In this document: piece after piece, positions 30,272 to 39,569 of the stretch
Numbering within the stretch: the stretch's first letter is position 1
How the letters are laid out: each line of letters opens with the position of its first letter
DNA from: Nitrospirota bacterium
Lineage (GTDB): Bacteria > Nitrospirota > Thermodesulfovibrionia > Thermodesulfovibrionales > JdFR-88
DNA: 64,000 nt
Reading direction: 5' to 3'
Assembly (NCBI GenBank): GCA_021813405.1
Contig: JAKAKS010000019.1
Location: forward strand, 7,549-71,548
Translations under genes and position numbers: made by a program
Notes under the pieces: generated by a model
Told to the model about the DNA's origin: nothing
Seen by the model: only the letters and a program-made list of their open reading frames with translations
The model's database searches: none

Positions 30272-31792
30272 TTGGAAAAGTCCATTCAAGATTTCATTGA
30301 AAAAATTGCATATGAGGCGGGAGAAACCCGTTTTTTCCTGAGAATACACGAAGAGGGCAAGGTCCTGTCCGTTGGTGACGGCATAGCCAGGGTTTCTGGG
30401 CTGAATGACGCAAGACTTTATGAGCTGCTGGAATTCGCAAGCGGAGGCAGCGGAATAGTATTTGACCTCGAAAGCGATAGCATCGGGGTAGTGCTTCTTA
30501 CTGAACAGGGCGGGATAAAAGCATGTGAAGAGGTCCGCAGGACTGGCCAAACGGCTTCCGTAAATGCCGGTGGCGGGCTTCTTGGGCGTGTGGTTGACGC
30601 CCTTGGCAATCCGGCCGGCGGAGAACCGGAAATCGGTAATACAATACCTTATCCTATTGAAAGAGAAGCCCCGCCAATTATAAAAAGAGACTACGTTTCA
30701 AGACCCCTTCTGACCGGTATCAAGATCATCGATTCGATGTTTCCTATTGGCAGGGGACAAAGGGAGCTGATAATTGGAGACTCATCGACAGGAAAGACCT
30801 CTATCTGCGTAGACGCAATTATAAACCAGAAAAACTCCGATGTAATATCCATATACGCCGCGATAGGGCTGAAAAAAACACACGTCCTCAAGATAATCGA
30901 GGATCTTAAGACATACGGCGATTTTTCCAGGACCATAGTTCTTGCCGCTTATGCCTCGGATTCACTTGGAATGCAGTACATTGCGCCTTATAGCGCTATG
31001 GCCATGGCGGAATATTTCATGGACAAGGGACTGGACGTTCTTCTGGTTCTGGACGATTTGACCAAACATGCCGAGGCTTACCGGTCGCTTAGTCTTCTTC
31101 TGGGCAGGCATCCGGGCAGGGAGGCCTATCCAGGGGACATATTCTTTATCCATGCCCGGCTCCTTGAAAGATCAGCCAGGATTGCGGAGGAGTATGGCGG
31201 CGGCTCAATTACCTCCTTACCCATTGCCGAAACGCAGCAAGGGAGGATATCTTCGTACATCCCTACAAATCTGATCTCCATAACAGATGGCCAAATATAT
31301 CTGGACGCGCAGCTATTCGATAAGGGTTTCCGGCCCGCCATTGACGTGGGGAAATCCGTTTCCAGGATCGGGGGCCGGGCGCAGATTAAGGCACTAAGGG
31401 AAGTTACTGAACGGCTGAAGATAGATTATTCGAGATTTTTGGAGATGGAGGTCTTCACCAAGTTCGGCGCCCATCTTGAGGAGGAGACCTCTAAAGCGCT
31501 GGACCACGGAATAAGGTTAAGGGAAATGCTTAAACAGCCCAGGTTTCATCCGTTTTCAATAGAAGACGAGGTAATGATCTTCTGGATAATAAATTCGGGC
31601 GTTCTCGACAAAATCGAGTCTCACCTGGCAGAAAAAGCGGCGATGGAAATCTTAAGCAGGGCAAAACGGGCTATCCCTCAGATACTTGAGCGCATAAAGG
31701 AAAAGGGGGCGCTGGGGCTGGCAGACCACCAATCTTTAAACGAATTTATACTGCACAATCACGACTTTGCCAGCGGAAAAGAAAACAGCTAG
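30272..31792 (+). CDS. atpA: ATPase alpha subunit
   Basis: GDSSTGKTS Walker A and VSVGDGIARVSGL. I propose the TTG start at 30272, right after the b stop. The track's ATG at 30170 would overlap atpF by 100 nt. Confidence 0.85.
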   Translation: MEKSIQDFIEKIAYEAGETRFFLRIHEEGKVLSVGDGIARVSGLNDARLYELLEFASGGSGIVFDLESDSIGVVLLTEQGGIKACEEVRRTGQTASVNAGGGLLGRVVDALGNPAGGEPEIGNTIPYPIEREAPPIIKRDYVSRPLLTGIKIIDSMFPIGRGQRELIIGDSSTGKTSICVDAIINQKNSDVISIYAAIGLKKTHVLKIIEDLKTYGDFSRTIVLAAYASDSLGMQYIAPYSAMAMAEYFMDKGLDVLLVLDDLTKHAEAYRSLSLLLGRHPGREAYPGDIFFIHARLLERSARIAEEYGGGSITSLPIAETQQGRISSYIPTNLISITDGQIYLDAQLFDKGFRPAIDVGKSVSRIGGRAQIKALREVTERLKIDYSRFLEMEVFTKFGAHLEEETSKALDHGIRLREMLKQPRFHPFSIEDEVMIFWIINSGVLDKIESHLAEKAAMEILSRAKRAIPQILERIKEKGALGLADHQSLNEFILHNHDFASGKENS

Positions 31793-31803
31793 GGGACATA
31801 AGC

Positions 31804-32643
31804 ATGCGCTCAACAGCGGCGATAGATAGGCAGATAAAGGCCTTCCGGCTCATTGAAGACATCGTTAACGCCATGAAGGCTTACGCCGGCATTGTCATAA
31901 GGAAAACGGAAGACCTGGTGGCGAATATAAGGATATACGAGGAAAGTGTCTTTGCCTCCATTGCCGGAATCACAGCCTGCCATCCTGAGATAGCACGGAA
32001 AATAAGATATTCGGAACAAAGCGGAAGGATTCTTATAGCTTTGGGTTCCTCGCAGGGGCTTTGCGGCCTTTTCAATAAAAAAATGGCGGATGCAGTTTCA
32101 AAAGAAAGGCGGTCCGGCGATGCCCTTTTTGTTATTGGCGGAAAACTCCAGTCCGCCCTCGAATCCATGGGGATAGTCCCGGAATATTCCGCGGGCTCCG
32201 CTGTAAGCGTAAATGGCATACAGGAAGCTCTGGGCGAAGTGCTTTCCAGGGTTATGGACATTTACAGCCAGGATGAGTTCTACCGGTTGGCAATTATCTT
32301 CACCAGTGTATCCGGAAAGGTCCCGGATATCATGGCAGAACAGATATTGCCGCCGGATACGGCTAGGACTGGTGCGTTGTGCCCATTAAAAGGACCACCC
32401 TTGCTGTATATGGATCCAAACATTGTTTTTGAAAAAATTATCGAGCAGCTGATATTTATAACCCTTTACAGGAGCTATGCCGAATCCTTGAGAAGCGAAA
32501 ACTGGTATCGTCTAAGAAGTATGGAAGGGGCCAGCGAAAACCTGAGAAAGCGGTTGTCCGAGACCGAAGCGCTCCAGAGATATGTGCGGCAGGAGGAAAT
32601 CACCGAGGAAGTGCTTGATATCTTAAAAAGCTTTAAAACGTAA
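31804..32643 (+). CDS. atpG: ATPase gamma subunit
   Basis: 279 aa. N- and C-terminal helices (IKAFRLIEDIVNAMKAYAG...; ...ITEEVLDIL) and operon position. Confidence 0.8.
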   Translation: MRSTAAIDRQIKAFRLIEDIVNAMKAYAGIVIRKTEDLVANIRIYEESVFASIAGITACHPEIARKIRYSEQSGRILIALGSSQGLCGLFNKKMADAVSKERRSGDALFVIGGKLQSALESMGIVPEYSAGSAVSVNGIQEALGEVLSRVMDIYSQDEFYRLAIIFTSVSGKVPDIMAEQILPPDTARTGALCPLKGPPLLYMDPNIVFEKIIEQLIFITLYRSYAESLRSENWYRLRSMEGASENLRKRLSETEALQRYVRQEEITEEVLDILKSFKT

Positions 32644-32767
32644 ACGTGTAAAAAGTATGCAGCTTTACACATGCTTAGATAATCGGCATCAGATGGCATG
32701 GTCCTCTCTCTTTTTTATTTCATGCATTACGCTCCTATTGATTGCAGTTCGCCCACAGCGTCTTATT

Positions 32768-33616
32768 TCACGGATTGTAGGCCACCACGGTTTGGCGTTG
32801 TTCTCCCAACCCATCGATCCACAGATGGACGGCGTCGCCGGGCTTAAGCCAAATCGGTTCTGGTTTCGTTCCCATCCCGACCCCAGGTGGGGTGCCGGTG
32901 CAGATGACATCGCCAGGAAGCAGGGTCATATAGCGGCTGCAATAGGCCACTATCTGCGCGACGCTAAAAATCATGTTGGCGGTGTTACCGGTCTGGCGGC
33001 GTTGTCCGTTGACCTCCAGCCACATATCCAGGTTCTGCGGGTTGGGCACCTCATCCTTGGTCACCAGCCAGGGGCCAATCGGCCCGAAACTGTCACAGCC
33101 TTTCCCCTTGGCCCACTGGGAGCTTTGAAACTGAAAACCGCGGTCGGACACATCATTGGCGATGCAGTAACCGGCTACATAGTCCAAGGCTTTAGGCTCA
33201 TCAACGTACTGGGCCTTACTGCCGATTACGACGCCAAGTTCCAATTCCCAGTCCAGTTTGGTCGAATGCGGCGGCTGAATTATATCGTCATTCGGTCCGG
33301 AAAGGCAGTTTATCGCCTTCAGGAAGATCAGAGGTTCTGTGGGAATGGCCAAGCTCGCCTCTTCGGCGTGGTCCCGGTAATTGAGTCCAATCGCTATGTA
33401 TTTGGAAGTCCTGGTAACCGGTATTCCCAACCGGGGTGAGCCAGGCACCACGGGCAAAATGGCGATCGACAGGGCGGCAATCGCCGCAAGTGACTTCGGA
33501 TCGAGGGCTTGAGCATTGATGTCGGCCAGATGGGCCGATAAGTCCCGTATCATCCCGTTCTTATCAACCAGTCCGGGGCGCTCTTGGCCCTTTTCTCCAT
33601 AACGACAAAGCTTCAT
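32768..33616 (-). CDS. Fumarylacetoacetate hydrolase (FAH) family protein
   Basis: MKLCRYGEKGQERPGLVDKNG...; ELELGVVIG; GDVICTGTPPGVG. Confidence 0.85.
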   Translation of the reverse strand: MKLCRYGEKGQERPGLVDKNGMIRDLSAHLADINAQALDPKSLAAIAALSIAILPVVPGSPRLGIPVTRTSKYIAIGLNYRDHAEEASLAIPTEPLIFLKAINCLSGPNDDIIQPPHSTKLDWELELGVVIGSKAQYVDEPKALDYVAGYCIANDVSDRGFQFQSSQWAKGKGCDSFGPIGPWLVTKDEVPNPQNLDMWLEVNGQRRQTGNTANMIFSVAQIVAYCSRYMTLLPGDVICTGTPPGVGMGTKPEPIWLKPGDAVHLWIDGLGEQRQTVVAYNP

Positions 33617-33746
33617 GAATATCCCTTTCTTTCCGCTGGCGCAAGTGCGCCGCCGTTATCACTTCACTATTTTATAAGGGCACAGAATCGATATAAGCAG
33701 TATATAATATGGCGATGATAAACATTAGTATTTTGGCGATCTTAAA

Positions 33747-34220
33747 ATGAGCGGGAGTCCGCTTTGGGTATTATACAATTTGACGCTCGCCCTATGGGTA
33801 GGCGGCATGGCCATATACACATTTCTCATTACGCCCAAGATATTCAAATCATATGACAGGGACAAAGCGGGCGCGGTCGTGGGGCTCCTTTTCCCCGGAT
33901 ACTTCCTCTATAAGCTGATATTTTCCCTGCTGGCGCTGGCCTTCTTTCTGCCGTTGTATATGGAGGCGGGGTTTTTCTCAGGCGCTTGGCGGGCCATTTC
34001 CCTTTCCCTTCTTTTGCTGGCCGTCATTCTGAATGCAGTCCACAGGTTCTGGCTCTATCCCGCAATCCAGCGAGTGAAAAAGGAAGTGCGTTCCTTTGAG
34101 GCGGAAGCCAGCAGCGCGCCCCGCCGGAAATTCGCAAAACTCCACGCGGCCAGCATGTTGTTAAATATGCTGGTGCTGGCAACAGGAACTACGCTTTTTA
34201 TTCTGGCCGTTTTGCGGTGA
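33747..34220 (+). CDS. DUF4149 (TMEM205-like) membrane protein
   Basis: 157 aa, 4 TM. LALWVGGMAIYTFLITPKIF... motif. Confidence 0.6.
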   Translation: MSGSPLWVLYNLTLALWVGGMAIYTFLITPKIFKSYDRDKAGAVVGLLFPGYFLYKLIFSLLALAFFLPLYMEAGFFSGAWRAISLSLLLLAVILNAVHRFWLYPAIQRVKKEVRSFEAEASSAPRRKFAKLHAASMLLNMLVLATGTTLFILAVLR

Positions 34221-35470
34221 ACATAACCTTGACAACATACGCCGTGGTCTTTCTTGTGCTTTATGTTGTCACGGAGAGTTTTGAGTATCTCGTAAAACAC
34301 CTGAACCTGAGATATTTGAGCAGGGCTGGTAGCGAGGCGCCGCCGGAGTTCAGCGGGCAAATGGATGAGGCCCTGGTGGCAAAGGCGATGGAATACCAGG
34401 CTGAAAAGACCCGCTTTGGTTTTGTCTCCGGGGTGGCCGGAAACATCGGGGTACTAATTTTCATCTTTGGCGGCCTGCTGAACGCACTCAACTCCTGGAT
34501 AGTCTCTCTGGGGCTACCCTTCGCGGTCTCCGGCTGGCTGTTTTTCCTTATCCTTTTGTATGCAACTGAATTGCTTTCCGCGCCCTTCAGCCTTTATCTC
34601 ACATTCAGGATAGAGAACAAATACGGCTTTAACACGATGACCATCAGGCTCTGGATATCCGATTTCCTTAAATCTGTCATCATTTCGACCATCCTGTTTT
34701 CCGTTCTGGCCTTTGCCGGTTTCAGTCTCATCCGCTGGAGCCCCTTGCACTGGTGGTTCTGGGTGTGGGTATTCCTCCTGGTTTTCGGCGTCTTCATGAT
34801 GTATATATCGCCAAGGGTGATCGAGCCGCTGTTCAACAAGTTTGTTCCCCTGGATGACGAGGCCCTCAAGGAAAGGGTGGTCCGGCTGGCCGAGCGGGCC
34901 GGGATCAGGGCTGGTCGGGTGCTTAAGGTGGACGCCTCCAAGCGCAGCACGCACAGCAACGCCTATTTTACCGGCCTCGGCAAGACAAAGAGGATAGTCC
35001 TTTTTGACACCCTTCTAAAAGGCATGAAGCCTGAGGAGACCCTTGCGGTAATAGCGCACGAGATAGGCCACTGGAAGAAAAAACATCTGCTTAAGATGAT
35101 GGCGCTTATGGAGGCGATGACCTTTGCAGGCCTGTGGGCCGCCTACCACATCATCAAAAGCGGCGCGATGGCGGAGGTTTTCGGCATTAGCAAGGACACC
35201 ATTTTCGCCGGGCTTGTGCTGATCGCCTTCATTGCCGGCATGATCTCTCTGCCCCTGAAGGCGTTCTTGAATTATCTTTCAAGGAGGAACGAAAATGAGG
35301 CGGACACCTTTTCCTGCAATCTCACGCAAGACCGGGAGGCAATGTCCCGCGCCCTTGTGAAACTTTCAAAGGAAAACCTCTCGAACCCCCATTCGCCACA
35401 TCCGCTTTACGTTGCGCTTTATTATTCACACCCACCGGTGCTCAGCAGGATCAGGCGGATTTTGAAGTAA
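34217..35470 (+). CDS. M48 family (Ste24/HtpX-like) zinc metalloprotease
   Basis: HEIGHWKKKH zinc motif, multi-TM N-terminus. 4-nt overlap with the upstream gene. Confidence 0.85.
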   Translation: MNITLTTYAVVFLVLYVVTESFEYLVKHLNLRYLSRAGSEAPPEFSGQMDEALVAKAMEYQAEKTRFGFVSGVAGNIGVLIFIFGGLLNALNSWIVSLGLPFAVSGWLFFLILLYATELLSAPFSLYLTFRIENKYGFNTMTIRLWISDFLKSVIISTILFSVLAFAGFSLIRWSPLHWWFWVWVFLLVFGVFMMYISPRVIEPLFNKFVPLDDEALKERVVRLAERAGIRAGRVLKVDASKRSTHSNAYFTGLGKTKRIVLFDTLLKGMKPEETLAVIAHEIGHWKKKHLLKMMALMEAMTFAGLWAAYHIIKSGAMAEVFGISKDTIFAGLVLIAFIAGMISLPLKAFLNYLSRRNENEADTFSCNLTQDREAMSRALVKLSKENLSNPHSPHPLYVALYYSHPPVLSRIRRILK

Positions 35471-35732
35471 AAGTCCCACTTGTCCAAGGGATGAACGCCA
35501 CAGCCTGGACTCTCTCGCGCAAAGGTTACAGCGCGCGGCAATGGACGTCCTTGAAAGAGAGGACAGCAAATTGACTGTTTTTGAAAAAATAGTCAGGCAT
35601 CTCTTCAATTTTACTTTGCACAGTCCCATCATGGAGCTGAGCAATTATCTAACTGTCCGAGTTCGTTCCTTCCTGGTCTTCCAAGCCCGACAGGACCTTT
35701 TTAACATCTTCCCCAGTACCTTTAAATATTCG

Positions 35733-37104
35733 GGGTCTTCGCCCAACCGAGTGGGTAAAAAAGGGGTGCTCGATGGCCGGACAGCCAATAGGGGCAAGGG
35801 TATAGAAGGATTCATTAAAGGGGGAAATCTGTCATGATAGGCGGATGTCAAAAAAGAGAAGCTTGCTGGACGCATACAACTTCCCCGGGTTTCGTCCAAA
35901 GGCAATTATTAAGGGGGTATTTGGGGACCCCAAAGCAAGGATTGTCCGGCTTAAGCGGCTCCAAAAAAAACGGTATGTGGATGTTGTGGAAGAACGCACC
36001 GGAGCTTCTACGACCAGAAGGTACGGCGGATTCGGGACCTTTCCTGCGGGGACATGCGGATATATCTGGAGATGGATGTCCGGAGGGTTCTGTGCCGGGG
36101 GTGCGGGAAGGTGAAGCAGGAGAAGTTTCCGTGGCTTTCGGACAATCCCTTTTACACGAAACGTTTTTCCTATTATGTGGGACGGCGGTGCAGGGACGCC
36201 GCGGTCAGAGACGTAGCTATGGAACTCAAGCTGGATTGGAAGACGGTAAAGGCCCTGGAAAAGGAATATATGCGAGAGCAACTCCGGCGCACGGGGACTC
36301 CGGGGCCGAAGGCCATAGGCATTGACGAGATATCCATCAGGAAGGGGCATACGTACCGGATAGTTGTTAGCGATCTCGTGCGGAGGCGTCCGATATGGTT
36401 TGGGGGCGTTGACAGATCCGAGGAGAGCATGGACATGTTTTACCAGTGGCTAGGGCCAAAGAAGAGCGCGGGGATCAAGCTGGCGGTGATGGATATGTGG
36501 CGGGCCTTCGAAAAGTCGACCGTGAGTAATGCGGCCAAGGCGGCCATCCTGTACGACAAGTTCAATGTGGTGAAGCATTTGGGGGAAGCGCTGGACAAGG
36601 TGCGCAAGATGGAATACGCCCGGCTCTCCGAAAAGGAGCGCTCCTACATCAAGGGCCAGAAGTATACGCTCTTGTCGAATCGGGAGAACCTGACGCTTGA
36701 CGGGCGCAGGGCACTTAAGAAACTGCTTGGAGCCAACAAGCGTCTTAATACCGCCTACCTGTTAAAGGAGTCTTTCGGGCAGTTGTGGGAATATCAAACC
36801 GAGGGATGGGCCAGGAGGTTTTTCGACAACTGGAAGGCCTCCTTGAAATGGCAGCGGCTGACGCCTTACGAGGAATTTGCGGAAATGGTGGAACGGCACT
36901 GGGAAGGAATAGCCGCCTACAGCAAGCCTGAGAACAAGGTGCCTCTCGGCTTTGTAGAAGGGCTGAACAACAAAATCAGGGTGATCCAGAGAAGGGCTTA
37001 CGGATTGCGTGATGAGGAATATCTGCGCCTGAAAATCCTAACCTGTATGATCAAGCCGATATGAAATGCAACTCACAATCGCCCACTCACTTTGGAGAAG
37101 ACCC
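35733..37104 (+). mobile_element. ISL3-family insertion sequence, 1372 bp, with imperfect 23-bp terminal inverted repeats and an 8-bp target-site duplication
   Basis: Left repeat GGGTCTTCGCCCAACCGAGTGGG (35733-35755) versus the reverse complement of 37082-37104, GGGTCTTCTCCAAAGTGAGTGGG: 19 of 23 match. AATATTCG occurs at 35725-35732 and again at 37105-37112. Confidence 0.85.
35845..37064 (+). CDS. ISL3 transposase, two frames joined by a -1 shift in an A8 run (35963-35970)
   Basis: Frame 1 reads MSKKRSLLDAYNFPGFRPKAIIKGVFGDPKARIVRLKRLQKK. After a -1 shift it continues TVCGCCGRTHRSFYDQKVRRIRDLSCGDMRIYLEMDVRRVLCRGCGKVKQEKFPWL...GIDEISIRKGHTYRIVVSDL..., the ISL3 zinc-finger plus DDE layout. Confidence 0.8.
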
Positions 37105-37273
37105 AATATTCGAAAGCTTTAAAAGAACTGGAAACCATAGCGGCGGAAATAGAAAGCGATAATGAGAAATTCATACCGATCGGCTATTCACTCCTGATCT
37201 CCGCGGGATGCGGACTACATTCGCCGCCGGCGTAAACCACAGAACTTTTTTTGTAAGCGGAAATATTTTGTTA

Positions 37274-38380
37274 TTACGCTCTCAATGAATAACTGGTGCT
37301 GCGGCCGCCGCTGGAATCCTTTATCAAAACGCCCCGGTTCACAAGATCGAGAATGTCACGTAGTGCCGTGTCCTGAGAACATTTTACCAGCCTGGCCCAT
37401 TTGGAAGACGTCAGCTTGCCTTCAAAATTACCATCAAGCATTTTATTGAGAATCTTGCGCTGCCGGTCATTAAACGGCTCATGCAAGTGAGATTCCCAAA
37501 AAAGGGACTTGCTGAGCACAGTCTGAAGTGCGCTTTCTGCCTTATCAAAAGCATGGTCCAGGCAAGCCAGGAACCAGTCGAGCCAACTTGTGATATCGAG
37601 CGTTCCCTTTTGTGTTTTTTCCAGGATGGCGTAATACCCGTTTTGCTCATCGCGGATTTGCGGCGGCATACTGTAGAACCGCTGCGGGCTGTTTTCCGAT
37701 CGCGCCAATACCATATCAGTGATAGCGCGCGCTATACGGCCATTGCCATCTTCAAAAGGATGGATGGTCACAAACCACAGATGCGCGATGCCCGCCCGCA
37801 ATATAGGGTCAGTCTCATCCCGGCGGTTAAGCCACTCGAAAAATGAGGTCATCTCTCGCTGAATACGGCTGGCGGCAGGGGCCTCGAAATGCACTCGCTC
37901 GTTGCCAACCCGTCCGGACACGACCTGCATCGGCCCGTTTGCGTCATCGCGCCACGCGCCGGTTTTAATTTTTTTTATGCCGCTGTATCCTGCCGGAAAT
38001 AACGCGGCGTTCCAGCCCAGAAGCCTTTTTTTGTTTAAGGGCTTGTTATAGTTCTGAGTGGCGTCAAGCATCATCTCGACTACGCCTTCAACGCTCCTGT
38101 CTGCCCGAGCCAGGGCGCCAATATCCATTCCGAGGCGCCTGGCTATGGACGAACGCACCTGCGTTTTATCCAGGACCTTTCCTTCTATTTCGCTGGACTT
38201 CAAAATATCCGAAGTCAGCGTTTGAAGAACTGCTTCTTCACGGAGTGAAAAGCCCAGGGTTTCCATTCTTCCGAGCAGCCGCCCCTGCCTGAAACGGACC
38301 GCGCTTAGCCGCCCGGCCAAGGCATCCACATTCCAATGGAACCGTGGCCAGTCTCTAAGTTCGTGGATGTAAGTTGTCAT
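37274..38380 (-). CDS. Fic family protein (AMPylase-type) with a Fic-N domain and C-terminal wHTH-like region
   Basis: Canonical Fic motif HPFEDGNGRIARA. 368 aa. Confidence 0.9.
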   Translation of the reverse strand: MTTYIHELRDWPRFHWNVDALAGRLSAVRFRQGRLLGRMETLGFSLREEAVLQTLTSDILKSSEIEGKVLDKTQVRSSIARRLGMDIGALARADRSVEGVVEMMLDATQNYNKPLNKKRLLGWNAALFPAGYSGIKKIKTGAWRDDANGPMQVVSGRVGNERVHFEAPAASRIQREMTSFFEWLNRRDETDPILRAGIAHLWFVTIHPFEDGNGRIARAITDMVLARSENSPQRFYSMPPQIRDEQNGYYAILEKTQKGTLDITSWLDWFLACLDHAFDKAESALQTVLSKSLFWESHLHEPFNDRQRKILNKMLDGNFEGKLTSSKWARLVKCSQDTALRDILDLVNRGVLIKDSSGGRSTSYSLRA

Positions 38381-38613
38381 GCTGCGCCCCTTATGCGGAG
38401 ATTATAGCATATATTCACCGCATATTTTGCGGATAATATATGCCGTATTCGCCGCAAATCTGGTGGCAATCCGGATGTCCTTTCGAACAGAAACTAACAG
38501 AAAGCCTGGCAGGGTTGGCTCAGCTTTTGATAACAGTTCCAAAGGGGCGGGAGTAGTTTCGGTTACTTGATACTGGCCCCTCGATCTTGGTGAATACCTC
38601 TTTTTCTCAAATC

Positions 38614-38662
38614 GGGTGCATTTTGGGTGCAGAATGCACCCAATTTTGACACTTTTGGGTGC
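38614..38662. repeat. Cluster of GGGTGC(A) heptamers (three direct, one inverted)
   Basis: GGGTGCA at 38614 and 38625, TGCACCC at 38635, GGGTGC at 38657. Located between the Fic promoter region and the tRNA-Leu 3' end. Confidence 0.6.
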
Positions 38663-38741
38663 TTTGAGCTACTTAGTGATACTTACGGGCTGGCCCTTCA
38701 AAAAGCCAGTAAGTAATGGAAATATTTGAAAAAATAAGCAA

Positions 38742-38825
38742 TGCCGGAGACGGGATTTGAACCCGTACGCCCTTGCGGACGAGGGATTTTAAGTCCCTTG
38801 TGTCTGCCAGTTCCACCACTCCGGC
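38742..38825 (-). tRNA. tRNA-Leu (anticodon UAA), long variable arm, no encoded CCA
   Basis: Minus strand GCCGGAG-TG-GTGG..CAC-A-AGGGA-CTTAAAA-TCCCT-CGTCCGCAAGGGCGTA-CGGGT TCAAAT CCCGT-CTCCGGC-A. Confidence 0.9.
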
Positions 38826-38882
38826 TGGGTTGATTTTAAAGGATTTTTCCCGGTACAGTCAAAAGCGGGCTGGCTGAGGGGT

Positions 38883-39569
38883 TCAGTCTTTTGCGTTCTG
38901 TTTGTCCCAAACCCTTGCCACTTCGGCCTCTTCAAGGCCAAGCTCCTGCGCAAGCTGCTTTGGGGAGGCATTAGTGTGGTGGATAACTTCCACAAGGTAT
39001 TGGTCGTAATCGATGGCCCTGGCCCAGCACTCCTCGAAATACTGTTTGAAGATATGCGTTAGCCCCTCCGAGACCACGCGGTATCCTTTTTTTGTGGCCT
39101 CCTTGTCGCCTGTCTTTTCCGGCAGACCTATTATTGACACGTCATTGTCCACGGTCATATACCTAAGATCGTGCAGGGAAGGGCATGTCATGTATCTTAT
39201 CTCCGCCCCGGCGTCCTTGTATTGATGGCCGATTTTAAGCCGGTCCTGGAACCTGGGCAGGATGTATTTCAGGCTGACCCCGGCTGCGGCGGACTTCTCG
39301 ATTGCGCTGATGATGTCTTTTGTCCTTTTAATGTCCTGCCCGGAGGGCGGGCGCCCGGTTATCATGCCATGCACCTCTTTTTTTGCATCGGCCATGGAAT
39401 CGACCACCACAAGAAAATATTCAAGCCGCGTAAATGTTCTTGCGGCCCTGTCTATTTCTGTAAGGAGGCGGGACCTGAACCTGCCTTCCTTAATGCTGTA
39501 CAGAAGGATCAGGATAGTGAAGACCAGAAGGACGGATTCCAGTACTAAAAGCGCCAGTTCCAGGTTCAT
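38883..39569 (-). CDS. Hypothetical membrane-anchored protein
   Basis: One N-terminal TM helix, then a 200-aa domain I cannot assign. ATGA overlap with the upstream SBBP gene. Confidence 0.5.
   Translation of the reverse strand: MNLELALLVLESVLLVFTILILLYSIKEGRFRSRLLTEIDRAARTFTRLEYFLVVVDSMADAKKEVHGMITGRPPSGQDIKRTKDIISAIEKSAAAGVSLKYILPRFQDRLKIGHQYKDAGAEIRYMTCPSLHDLRYMTVDNDVSIIGLPEKTGDKEATKKGYRVVSEGLTHIFKQYFEECWARAIDYDQYLVEVIHHTNASPKQLAQELGLEEAEVARVWDKQNAKD

Noticed and set aside
32657-33439. 260-aa plus-strand ORF
   Set aside because: Antisense to the FAH-family hydrolase gene.
35541-37260. A gene disrupted by the ISL3 insertion
   Set aside because: Removing the IS and one copy of the duplication joins two frames: MDVLERED...FKYS-KALKELETIAAEIESDNEKF... 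on the plus strand and a 49-aa frame on the minus strand. Neither reconstructed ORF resembles any protein family or has a convincing ribosome-binding site. The insertion is probably intergenic.
35725-38825. An intact tRNA-Leu-associated integrative island
   Set aside because: No integrase gene, and I could find no partial direct repeat of the tRNA 3' end in 32-38.7 kb. It is reported only as a possible degraded islet.
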